Shown: positions 1 through 6,767 of the stretch, in pieces
Layout of the letters: the number at the start of each line of letters is the position of its first letter
How positions within the stretch are numbered: the first letter of the stretch is position 1
Assembly (NCBI GenBank): GCA_964619325.1
Contig: CAZUEL010000005.1
Location: 8,238-19,759, forward strand
Direction: 5' to 3'
DNA length: 11,522 nt
DNA from: Candidatus Woesearchaeota archaeon
GTDB taxonomy: Archaea; Nanobdellota; Nanobdellia; UBA10117
Position numbers and translations under genes: made by a program
The notes under the pieces: generated by a model
Told to the model about the DNA's origin: nothing
The model's input: the letters and a program-made list of their open reading frames with translations, nothing else
Databases searched by the model: none

Positions 1-785
1 AGCAAATAATACAAAAATAAAGTGTCTGTTGTTATGTCGAGAACATCTTTATTTAAATCTATTTTTTCGCGGATGTCGCGCGAAACGTTTTCAAAAGCGG
101 TAAGCGTGGGTATAACTTCATTCTTCAAAATACCGCAATATCTTTTCCCGCGCGAGTCCTCAACCGCGCCAACCAGCAAGATATTTTTTTCCTTGCAGGT
201 TTTGTATAATTGCTTGAAAAGGCCAATCACTTTTTTATATTCTTCATAAACCTTTGACTCCGTTCCAACTGCATTCCCCGGGTACAAAATTATTGAGCCG
301 TCCCGCACCAACACATCCGGCGAGAATTTCTCTATTGCTGCAAGTGCAGTCTGCAATTCGCATTCCTCGCGTTTTAATCCCGCGAGCAAGTTAAATTCCT
401 GCTCCGAAAGCTCTGGCCCGGTCACTATGGGTTCGGGCAGTGGCCTGCGGTTTGGGAAATAGTTTGTCTCCAAAAGTTTTAGCTCTCCAAGCAAACTTTG
501 GTTCGCTGGGCCCAGCCGAGCTTCGCTCGGCTTGGGCTTACTAAATTTAAAAGCAACAGCAACCGCGCGGCGCAAAATTAATCCCGCGCCGTGGTATTCC
601 TTTTTCAAAAATCCGCCGTCCACCCCTACAACAACCAGCTCTTTATTTAATTTCGCGGGAATTATTTTTTCCTTCAAACTGGCAATGCCTGCGGAGTTGC
701 ACCGGCCAAGCTCAGATGCAAGAGCCAGCCTTTTGTTTTTAATCTCGTTAATCCTGCCGGCAATCTCGCGGATGGTTTGGTCCAT
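1..785 (-). CDS. NurA-like 5'-3' nuclease domain protein, N-terminal 261 aa; the C-terminus runs off the left edge of the window
   Basis: Absent from the ORF track because there is no stop in the window. Manual minus-strand translation from the ATG (complement of 783-785) stays open to position 1: MDQTIREIAGRINEIKNKRLALASELG...KELVVVGVDGGFLKKEYHGAG...DVLVRDGSIILYPG...NILLVGAVEDSRGKRY. The VDGG / E / RDGS / V-x-DSR series resembles the acidic catalytic residues and strand order of the NurA family. A TATA-like TAATTAAAT lies on the minus strand at about 803-812. Confidence 0.5.
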   Translation of the reverse strand, partial: MDQTIREIAGRINEIKNKRLALASELGRCNSAGIASLKEKIIPAKLNKELVVVGVDGGFLKKEYHGAGLILRRAVAVAFKFSKPKPSEARLGPANQSLLGELKLLETNYFPNRRPLPEPIVTGPELSEQEFNLLAGLKREECELQTALAAIEKFSPDVLVRDGSIILYPGNAVGTESKVYEEYKKVIGLFKQLYKTCKEKNILLVGAVEDSRGKRYCGILKNEVIPTLTAFENVSRDIREKIDLNKDVLDITTDTLFLYYL

Positions 786-838
786 ATTTCTTTGCTATCC
801 AGATTTAATTATGAAAAACGCTTTCGCGTTTTCCATTC

Positions 839-861
839 CTTGAACCCGCGGCGGGTTCAAG
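839..861. repeat. Perfect 23-bp palindrome (11-bp arms, 1-nt centre), CTTGAACCCGC-G-GCGGGTTCAAG, in the divergent intergenic region
   Basis: Every arm position was checked pairwise (839 with 861 through 849 with 851). It lies between the two putative TATA boxes of the NurA-like and ABC1 genes. Confidence 0.8.
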
Positions 862-870
862 TTAATAACA

Positions 871-878
871 TTTATTAA
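871..878 (+). promoter_or_regulatory. TATA-box-like element (TTTATTAA) for the ABC1 kinase gene
   Basis: A/T-rich octamer 22-29 nt upstream of the ATG at 900. The same spacing recurs at most genes in the window. Confidence 0.45.
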
Positions 879-899
879 CCCGCAATCAACAACTAAGTT

Positions 900-2552
900 A
901 TGGCCAGTTTACTGCATGAAGTCAGAGACCTAGCTAGATTTAATCATATTCTCGGCGTGATGGCAGAGGTTGGCCTGCATAACTTTCTCGACCGGCTGAA
1001 ACTCCGTGGCAAACAGAAGTTCAACTGGCAGTTCAAGAAAAATCATCCCTACTCAACACCGGAAAAACTGCGGGTTGCTTTTGAAAAGCTCGGGCCGACT
1101 TTCATAAAGTTTGGACAGCTTCTAAGCGTCCGCCCGGATTTGGTTCCGAAAGAGTATGTGGATGAGTTCTCGAAACTGCAGGACAGCGTGCACGAGGAAG
1201 CGTGGGAAGATATCCAGCAACAAGTAGAGTCAGAGCTTGGCGGGCCAATCAACAAATTCTTCAAGCACTTCAGCCAGAAACCGATCTCTGCAGCATCTAT
1301 CGCTCAAGTTCACATGGCCGTCCTGAAAAGCGGCGAGATCGTCGCGGTCAAGGTGCAGCGCCCTAACATACAGGATATAATCGACAAGGACGTACACATA
1401 CTCATATATTTGGCAAAACTCGTAGAGCGTTACGTTGAGGACTCGCACAAATACAATCCGCAAGAACTCGTGGATGAGTTCTCAAAATGGATAAAGCGTG
1501 AGCTAGACTTTTTCATCGAAGCACGGAACGCAGAAAAGTTCTACCAAAACTTCAAAGGTGTAAAAGATGTCAAGATACCAAAAATTTACTGGGATTATTC
1601 TACAAAGAAAATTTTAACAATGGAGTACATCGAAGGCAAAAAGCTCAAAGAGTTAAAATTAAACACTGATGCAAAACAAAAAATCCTGAAAACAATTGCA
1701 GATGCATCGATGAAACAAATCATCGAGGATGGTTTCTTCCACGCGGACCCGCACCCTGGCAACATTATCATAATGCCTGGAAATCGTGTTGCGTTCATCG
1801 ATTATGGTGTGGTCGGCAACATTGACGACCAGCTCAAGGAACAGATGGCGGTCCTGCTCATGGCGCTGCTCGACAAGAATGTCGATGACATCGTAAACGT
1901 AATTCTTGACATGAACATATCAGATGAAGAGGTAAATGTGAAAAAATTCCGGCAGGACCTGCGGGAAAACCTCAATATCTATTACATAAAAAATACAAAT
2001 CGGTATGCCATTCAGGATTTAGCAAATGTTGCAAAGCTTTCCACCGACCACAAAATCCGCTTGCCAGTTGACTTTGTCCTTCTTACTAAGGCGGTGCTCA
2101 CGCTTGACGGGCTGGCAATGCAGCTCGACCCAAGTTACAGCGTAGTTGATAAGCTCTCGCCGTACATGAAGGACTATGCGGACAAGAGAAAATCATTAGG
2201 ATTCTTGAAGGATAGGCTGGAGCAGAGGGGCAAGGAGTTCGTTCGCTTCGCGGATAAGCTGCCCGGGCAACTGACGCACGTGTTCCGGCGATTGGAGAAG
2301 GGCAAAATTACTTTAGAAGTTGCGCCGAAAGAAATAAAAGAACTTTCCGAGTTGACGCGCGAGGTTGAAGGTGCCGCAGAAAAGATGGCGCTCGCGTTGA
2401 TGATTGGCGCGATCGCTGTCGCTGCCGCGCTGTTTGGAAAATACGAGACGCTGCCATTCATCTTCGGCTGGCCGCTATCGCGTTTCATCTTCCTGATTGC
2501 TAGCTTCTTTGCGTTCTGGATGATTATATCTATACTAAGGGGGAAGGGATAA
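900..2552 (+). CDS. ABC1/UbiB-family (AarF-domain) atypical protein kinase with C-terminal transmembrane helices
   Basis: 550-aa ORF. Family signatures: FIKFGQLLSVRPDLVPKEYVDEFSKLQD, ASIAQVH, VAVKVQRP, FFHADPHPGNI, IDYG. The hydrophobic C-terminus (ALALMIGAIAVAAALF...FIFLIASFFAFWMIISIL) is typical of this family. Confidence 0.9.
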   Translation: MASLLHEVRDLARFNHILGVMAEVGLHNFLDRLKLRGKQKFNWQFKKNHPYSTPEKLRVAFEKLGPTFIKFGQLLSVRPDLVPKEYVDEFSKLQDSVHEEAWEDIQQQVESELGGPINKFFKHFSQKPISAASIAQVHMAVLKSGEIVAVKVQRPNIQDIIDKDVHILIYLAKLVERYVEDSHKYNPQELVDEFSKWIKRELDFFIEARNAEKFYQNFKGVKDVKIPKIYWDYSTKKILTMEYIEGKKLKELKLNTDAKQKILKTIADASMKQIIEDGFFHADPHPGNIIIMPGNRVAFIDYGVVGNIDDQLKEQMAVLLMALLDKNVDDIVNVILDMNISDEEVNVKKFRQDLRENLNIYYIKNTNRYAIQDLANVAKLSTDHKIRLPVDFVLLTKAVLTLDGLAMQLDPSYSVVDKLSPYMKDYADKRKSLGFLKDRLEQRGKEFVRFADKLPGQLTHVFRRLEKGKITLEVAPKEIKELSELTREVEGAAEKMALALMIGAIAVAAALFGKYETLPFIFGWPLSRFIFLIASFFAFWMIISILRGKG

Positions 2553-2593
2553 CTAGTAAAATGCTGCGTATAGCTAATAGTATGTTTAAATTT

Positions 2594-2612
2594 GTGGCAT
2601 CGAAGATGCCAC
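2594..2612 (+). other. Perfect hairpin GTGGCATC-GAA-GATGCCAC (8-bp stem, 3-nt loop)
   Basis: Read directly from the sequence. It lies 42 nt after the ABC1 stop codon and just downstream of a TTTAAATTT element (2586-2593). Confidence 0.7.
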
Positions 2613-2642
2613 CGGGGGAATCAGGAAGTGGCCTGAAACTGA

Positions 2643-2659
2643 AGGGGGCAGAGCCCCCT
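2643..2659 (+). other. Perfect GC-rich hairpin AGGGGGC-AGA-GCCCCCT (7-bp stem, 3-nt loop)
   Basis: Read directly from the sequence. It lies 46 nt upstream of the ATG at 2705. Confidence 0.7.
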
Positions 2660-2704
2660 GCGGTTCGGCGATGATAGTATCTATTTTGAGGGGGAAAGGT
2701 TAGA

Positions 2705-2971
2705 ATGGTTAAGATTGGAACGCTGATAAAAGCAGGGACTCTGCTGGCCCCGGGCATGCTGCTGCTTGGCTCGGATTTGATTAAGCCGCTGATTAAAAAG
2801 GCCGCGAGAAAATATAAAATATCCTCGGCTGATAAGGCAAAGCTGCTTACCGCGGTTGGCAAGCTGCACAAGCACGCCAAGAGGAAGCTGGTGAAAGGCG
2901 TGAGGCAAGCCCGCAGTGGTTTGAAGCTGGTGGATGAGGTGCTGGCGATGTTGGAAAAAAGCATAAGATAG
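2705..2971 (+). CDS. Hypothetical small basic protein (88 aa) with a hydrophobic N-terminus
   Basis: ATG-initiated ORF. It has a hydrophobic N-terminal segment (IGTLIKAGTLLAPGMLLLG) followed by a Lys/Arg-rich, probably helical tail. A GAGGGGGA motif sits about 10 nt upstream. I recognise no family. Confidence 0.45.
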   Translation: MVKIGTLIKAGTLLAPGMLLLGSDLIKPLIKKAARKYKISSADKAKLLTAVGKLHKHAKRKLVKGVRQARSGLKLVDEVLAMLEKSIR

Positions 2972-2980
2972 TTTTATTAA
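2972..2980 (+). promoter_or_regulatory. TATA-box-like element (TTTTATTAA) for the 89-aa ORF
   Basis: Lies 22-30 nt upstream of the ATG at 3002. This favours the ATG over the TTG at 2990 used by the ORF track. Confidence 0.4.
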
Positions 2981-3001
2981 CTTAATTATTTGTTTTTTTC
3001 T

Positions 3002-3271
3002 ATGGCAGATGAATTTAGGGTCACTGCGCAAGGCCAGATAAGCATATTTTCAAGTTTACCAGAAGCAGTGCGTTTTGCAGTTCAGCAACATTATACGCCT
3101 GATGAAGTAACCATACACAATATTGGTGTTGATAAAACAGTTCCGCAAAGAGAGTATTCGATTGTAGGAGTGGTTACTTGCCACCCTATGATGAAACCAA
3201 CCCACAGACATTGGCGATTAGATGTATTAGACAAAGCGCTTGAGAAAGAGCTAGGCGATGATATAGATTGA
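3002..3271 (+). CDS. Hypothetical small protein (89 aa from the ATG at 3002; the ORF track starts at a TTG at 2990)
   Basis: ORF MADEFRVTAQGQISIF...HPMMKPTHRHWRLDVLDKALEKELGDDID with an acidic C-terminus. I recognise no family. The start was chosen from the ATG and the TATA spacing. Confidence 0.45.
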   Translation: MADEFRVTAQGQISIFSSLPEAVRFAVQQHYTPDEVTIHNIGVDKTVPQREYSIVGVVTCHPMMKPTHRHWRLDVLDKALEKELGDDID

Positions 3272-3363
3272 TAGAGAAACCTTATATACTCCAGCAAATA
3301 GCAGATACCGGTGATTTAAACTAGCAACCCAAGTTTACTGTCGGATGCGTCTCCTGTAAAACA

Positions 3364-3371
3364 TTTTTAAA
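3364..3371 (+). promoter_or_regulatory. TATA-box-like element (TTTTTAAA) upstream of metG
   Basis: Lies 24-31 nt upstream of the ATG at 3395. A GGAGG at 3382-3386 (8 nt before the ATG) is a competing Shine-Dalgarno-like signal. Confidence 0.35.
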
Positions 3372-3394
3372 GATGGTCTTAGGAGGGTTAAATT

Positions 3395-5395
3395 ATGGCT
3401 AGCAAGAAGTTCTACGTCACAACAGCGATAGACTACACAAATAGCCTGCCGCACATTGGGCATAGCTACCAGAAGGTTCTCGCGGATGTTTTGAAAAGAT
3501 GGCACCAAAGCCTCGGCTACGATTCGCTCTACCTGACTGGCACCGACGAGCACGGACTTAAGATACAGCGTTCTGCGCAGGCCGTGGAAAAAGAGCCGCA
3601 GGACTTCGTTGATGACCTGGCGAAGGGCTTTGAGAATAATTGGAAAAAACTAAATTTAGACTTTGACATCTTCCTGCGCACAACAAGCGAGCAGCACAAG
3701 AAAGTCGTTAAGGAATTCACCAAAAAAATAAAGAAAGATATTTACAAGGGAACATACGAAGGTCTCTACTGCGTCAGTTGCGAAACATTTTACACCGAAA
3801 AGGATTTAATAAACGGGAAGGTGTGCCAGATTCATAAAAAGGAAGCGGAACTTTTGAAAGAGGAGTCATATTTCTTTCGGCTTTCTAAATATCAGGATAA
3901 ACTTTTGCAGCTCTACAAAGATAATCCTGAATACATCTCGCCGGAGAACAGGCGCGAAGAGATAATCAATCGCGTGAAGGAAGGCCTCAAAGACTTGTCT
4001 ATCTCGCGCAAGTCAGTAGGATGGGGTATTCCTTTTCCGCTGGATGAAACACACACGACCTACGTTTGGTTTGAGGCGCTGCAGTGTTACATCTCTGGCC
4101 TTGGCTGGCCAGGCGGAAACTTCAAGAAGTTCTGGCCTGCGGATGTCCAGCTGCTTGGCAAGGATAACGCGTGGTTTCATACTGTAATTCTGCCCGCGCT
4201 ACTTTTTGCGGCAGGCATAAAGCCATCGAAAAAGATTTTCATTCACGGATTTTTGACGATTGATGGTCAAAAAATTTCAAAATCGCTTGGAAACACGATT
4301 GAGCCGCGCGTGTTTGTGGAAAAATACGGCGCTGACGCCGTTCGTTATGCGCTGCTGCGTGAGATAAACCCGCGAGAGGACGGCGACTTCTCGGAAAAGG
4401 TGATGGTTGAGCGGCTGAATTCTGACCTGGCAGATAATTTAGGAAATCTATTATCGCGCAGCCTGACTTTAATTGAAAAATTTTCTGGTGGAGCCGTGCC
4501 AAAAGGCAAGGCAGATTCAAACCTAAAGAAAGAGTTTGAAAAAACCCTGAAAGAATCCGGAAAAAATATCGCGCAGATAGAAGTCCACCACGCGCTCGAG
4601 AAAATATTTTCCTTCATCGGCTTAGCCAACAAGTATGTGAATGATAGCAAGCCTTGGGAGTTAGCAAAAACGAACAACAAGAGATTGAATGATGTTTTGT
4701 ACAACATCGCGGAATGCCTGCGTGTGATTTCCGCGCTGGCCTGGCCATTCATCCCAGAAAGCGCGGAGAAGATTGCGACGCAGTTGGGAATTGAATTACC
4801 AAAATTAAAGGGCATAAAGTATGGGAAGATTAAAGCGGGTACAAAAATAAGCAAGGGCGAAATATTATTTAAGAAAATTGAAAAGTTTGAGCCGGTAAAG
4901 ATTGGAATTGCTATGCTTACAAAACAAATCACATCCGCTGTTGATCTGCGGATCGCAGAAATCAAAGAGGCGGAAGCGATTCCGGATTCTGACAAGTTAA
5001 TCAAGCTGCAGATTGACGTCGGCGAGTTAGGGGAGAGGCAGATTGTCGCAGGCATTAGAAAGTTTTACCAGCCTGCCGAATTAGTTGGCAGGAAAATAAT
5101 TGTCGTTGCAAATCTGAAGCCGGTAAAACTGCGGGGCGTAGATTCGAATGGCATGCTGCTGGCAGCAGAATCTAGCGATGGGACTTCGGAAGTTATCTCG
5201 CCAGTCGGAAATAATGGCGAGCAGGTTCTGACGGGTGAAATTAAATTTATGCCGGTAAAGGAGATTGACATAAAAGAACTGGAAAAATTGGGCTTGAAGA
5301 TTGAGAACCGCAGATTAACTGCACTAGGAAAAGTTTTAAGGACTGCTGGCGGAGAGGTAAAGACGAAGTTTGTTACAGTTGGCGCGGTTAAATGA
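3395..5395 (+). CDS. metG: Methionyl-tRNA synthetase with a C-terminal Trbp111/EMAPII-like tRNA-binding domain
   Basis: 666 aa. Class I HIGH motif (LPHIGHSY), KMSKS variant (KISKSLGN), zinc-knuckle-like CVSCETFY...CQIH, WFEAL and DNAWFH blocks. The C-terminal OB-fold signature is DLRIAEIKEAEAIPDSDKLIKLQIDVGE...IVAGI...LVGRKIIVVANLKP.KLRGV.S.GMLLAAE. Confidence 0.97.
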   Translation: MASKKFYVTTAIDYTNSLPHIGHSYQKVLADVLKRWHQSLGYDSLYLTGTDEHGLKIQRSAQAVEKEPQDFVDDLAKGFENNWKKLNLDFDIFLRTTSEQHKKVVKEFTKKIKKDIYKGTYEGLYCVSCETFYTEKDLINGKVCQIHKKEAELLKEESYFFRLSKYQDKLLQLYKDNPEYISPENRREEIINRVKEGLKDLSISRKSVGWGIPFPLDETHTTYVWFEALQCYISGLGWPGGNFKKFWPADVQLLGKDNAWFHTVILPALLFAAGIKPSKKIFIHGFLTIDGQKISKSLGNTIEPRVFVEKYGADAVRYALLREINPREDGDFSEKVMVERLNSDLADNLGNLLSRSLTLIEKFSGGAVPKGKADSNLKKEFEKTLKESGKNIAQIEVHHALEKIFSFIGLANKYVNDSKPWELAKTNNKRLNDVLYNIAECLRVISALAWPFIPESAEKIATQLGIELPKLKGIKYGKIKAGTKISKGEILFKKIEKFEPVKIGIAMLTKQITSAVDLRIAEIKEAEAIPDSDKLIKLQIDVGELGERQIVAGIRKFYQPAELVGRKIIVVANLKPVKLRGVDSNGMLLAAESSDGTSEVISPVGNNGEQVLTGEIKFMPVKEIDIKELEKLGLKIENRRLTALGKVLRTAGGEVKTKFVTVGAVK

Positions 5396-5423
5396 ATGGA
5401 ATTATGCCCATGTAGTTACATTA

Positions 5424-5909
5424 TTAATTGTGTTGTGTTGCGCCAGGCACACGTACATAAACTGCAGCAAAGCCTGGCATTGGTTTGCCATCCATCATAC
5501 GTGCAGTTTCTTCAACATGCACAGCTGGCCAGCCATCAAGTTTGTATTGCTGTGCGATATCGTCTAAAGTTCTAATCTTTGTTGGAAAACCATCGGGCGA
5601 TATGCGTGTTGGTTGATTGTAAAGAAAGTGCCAGCCCGCAGCAGCTAATTCTGCCTCTTTGATTGTCGCACCTGACCGCTGACCCGCAGCAGGTACAGGG
5701 CCACTAAATCCAGAATATCTGAAGAGCAGGTATGCACCAGTTATTCCAACTAAAAGCCAATCGCCCCTATTGTGTGGTGCCCTTAAAATTCGATTAACAC
5801 ATTCTTTGTATATTTGTTCAGCGGCAATGCCGTCGGGCGGCGCTCCAAATTGGCCCAAATAGTGCCAGCCCTTTCGCATCATTTTTGGCGGTAAACTTGT
5901 TATTACCAT
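5424..5909 (-). CDS. Hypothetical protein (161 aa) with an internal GWH[YF]L...PDG[IF] repeat
   Basis: ATG ORF on the minus strand with TATA-like TTTATGA (complement of 5934-5940) about 25-31 nt upstream. Residues 14-28 (GWHYLGQFGAPPDGI) and 92-108 (GWHFLYNQPTRISPDGF) repeat. I recognise no family. Confidence 0.55.
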   Translation of the reverse strand: MVITSLPPKMMRKGWHYLGQFGAPPDGIAAEQIYKECVNRILRAPHNRGDWLLVGITGAYLLFRYSGFSGPVPAAGQRSGATIKEAELAAAGWHFLYNQPTRISPDGFPTKIRTLDDIAQQYKLDGWPAVHVEETARMMDGKPMPGFAAVYVRVPGATQHN

Positions 5910-5969
5910 ATTAATTTGTCAATATTGATGTGCTCATAAACCTTTCGTGTTATGCTGATAGTGCGATAG

Positions 5970-5977
5970 TTTTAAAA
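5970..5977 (+). promoter_or_regulatory. TATA-box-like palindromic element (TTTTAAAA) for DUF218-like paralogue A
   Basis: Lies 23-30 nt upstream of the ATG at 6000, in a 90-bp divergent intergenic region shared with the 161-aa gene. Confidence 0.45.
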
Positions 5978-5999
5978 CAGCTAGTGATCGCACCAATTT

Positions 6000-6764
6000 A
6001 TGCCAATATTAGACTTAAATGCGCTCACAACATTGTTGCAAGTAATTGAAGATGATAAATTACTTGCACCAAAAGCGGACTTAGCATATCTTTTTGCTGA
6101 AACCAGCGGCAATCAGCGCTCAGTGTTAGATGCCGGCGTAAGATTATTTCATGCGGGTAAAGCAACATTGCTTGGCATTGCGTCAGCAGACCCAAACCCG
6201 GATTTTACCGGCTACGCTGCCTGGCGCGCAGCACTTATTGCGAGAGGCGTGCCAGAGGAAAAAGTTATTGGAATCGAGCCGCATTATGTGCCGTGGATTA
6301 TTGGTGACGGCAGCACAACAAATACACTTACTGAAGCAATGGGGCTGGTGTCAAAGGCAAGATATGGCGCGTGGCAAAGAGTTTGTGTTGTTGCCGCACC
6401 GTTTCATCAATTGCGCGCATTTATGTCGGTTATAACAAGTTTGAGCCACGCGCCACCGCCGCCCGAGTTAAGAGATTTTCCCCAGATGACGCCAGATTTC
6501 CTTGGGCAACCATGTTTGGAAGTCTATAACCATCCAGGAAATGAGTTGCCGTTAGATGAAGTTGTAGTCCACGGCCAAGGTTCGAGCAGGGTTACCGCTC
6601 CTCGCGGCGATATGCTTCAGCATGAACTAAAAAAGATAGTTAACTATTGGCTAAATGATAATTTAATTGACCCGCGAATTGCAGTGCATTACGTCGCACG
6701 TAGAGATACACATAGATTTACCGGCGGCAAACTGCCAGCGCCAGAATTGCCACCGCTTTACTAA
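6000..6764 (+). CDS. Divergent DUF218/YdcF-like protein, paralogue A (254 aa)
   Basis: STTNTLTEAMGLV and VCVVAAPFHQLRAF correspond to the DUF218 signatures (S-x-NT-x-EN-A and V-T-S-x-x-H-x-x-R-A). It is clearly paralogous to the ORF at 8088-8759, sharing blocks LAY[LI]F, NTLTE, APFHQLRAF, [ER]VYN and VVVH[GS]QG. Confidence 0.55.
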   Translation: MPILDLNALTTLLQVIEDDKLLAPKADLAYLFAETSGNQRSVLDAGVRLFHAGKATLLGIASADPNPDFTGYAAWRAALIARGVPEEKVIGIEPHYVPWIIGDGSTTNTLTEAMGLVSKARYGAWQRVCVVAAPFHQLRAFMSVITSLSHAPPPPELRDFPQMTPDFLGQPCLEVYNHPGNELPLDEVVVHGQGSSRVTAPRGDMLQHELKKIVNYWLNDNLIDPRIAVHYVARRDTHRFTGGKLPAPELPPLY

Positions 6765-6767
6765 GAG

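Noticed and set aside
22-843. Plus-strand ORFs 22-249 and 532-843
   Set aside because: They are overlapped by the uninterrupted 785-nt minus-strand reading frame with NurA-like motifs. Their products look like shadow-frame sequence, and one starts at a GTG.
2553-2704. C/D-box sRNA or G-quadruplex in the ABC1 / 88-aa spacer
   Set aside because: CUGA occurs at 2633-2636 and 2639-2642, but there is no RUGAUGA box C (the nearest is CGAUGA at 2669-2674) and the box order is wrong. The four G5 tracts are separated by 25-70 nt, which is too far for a canonical intramolecular G4.
2530-3031. Minus-strand ORFs 2530-2964 (144 aa) and 2681-3031 (116 aa) covering the structured spacer and the 88-aa ORF
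   Set aside because: They lack any recognisable motif and overlap the end of ABC1. They would also place a gene across the hairpin-rich spacer. The plus-strand 88-aa ORF has a better start context. This call is still only moderately confident.
4345-5055. 236-aa minus-strand ORF inside metG, along with other antisense ORFs: 1049-1264, 1230-1463, 2174-2488, 3529-3723, 4239-4520 and 5065-5271
   Set aside because: All lie antisense to genes with unambiguous family signatures. Their products are Ser/Phe/Ile-rich and low in complexity, which is typical of shadow ORFs.
4885-5265. Threefold recurrence of GCCGGTAAA (coding for PVK) in the C-terminal part of metG
   Set aside because: The short 9-nt matches are irregularly spaced inside a well-supported domain. 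The most likely explanation is a coincidental codon and peptide recurrence, not a repeat element.
6151-6435. 94-aa plus-strand ORF nested out of frame in DUF218-like paralogue A, and ORF 6667-6867
   Set aside because: They are out-of-frame overlaps of a longer ORF that has a paralogue elsewhere in the window. Their products are Arg/Gln/Leu-rich with no motif.
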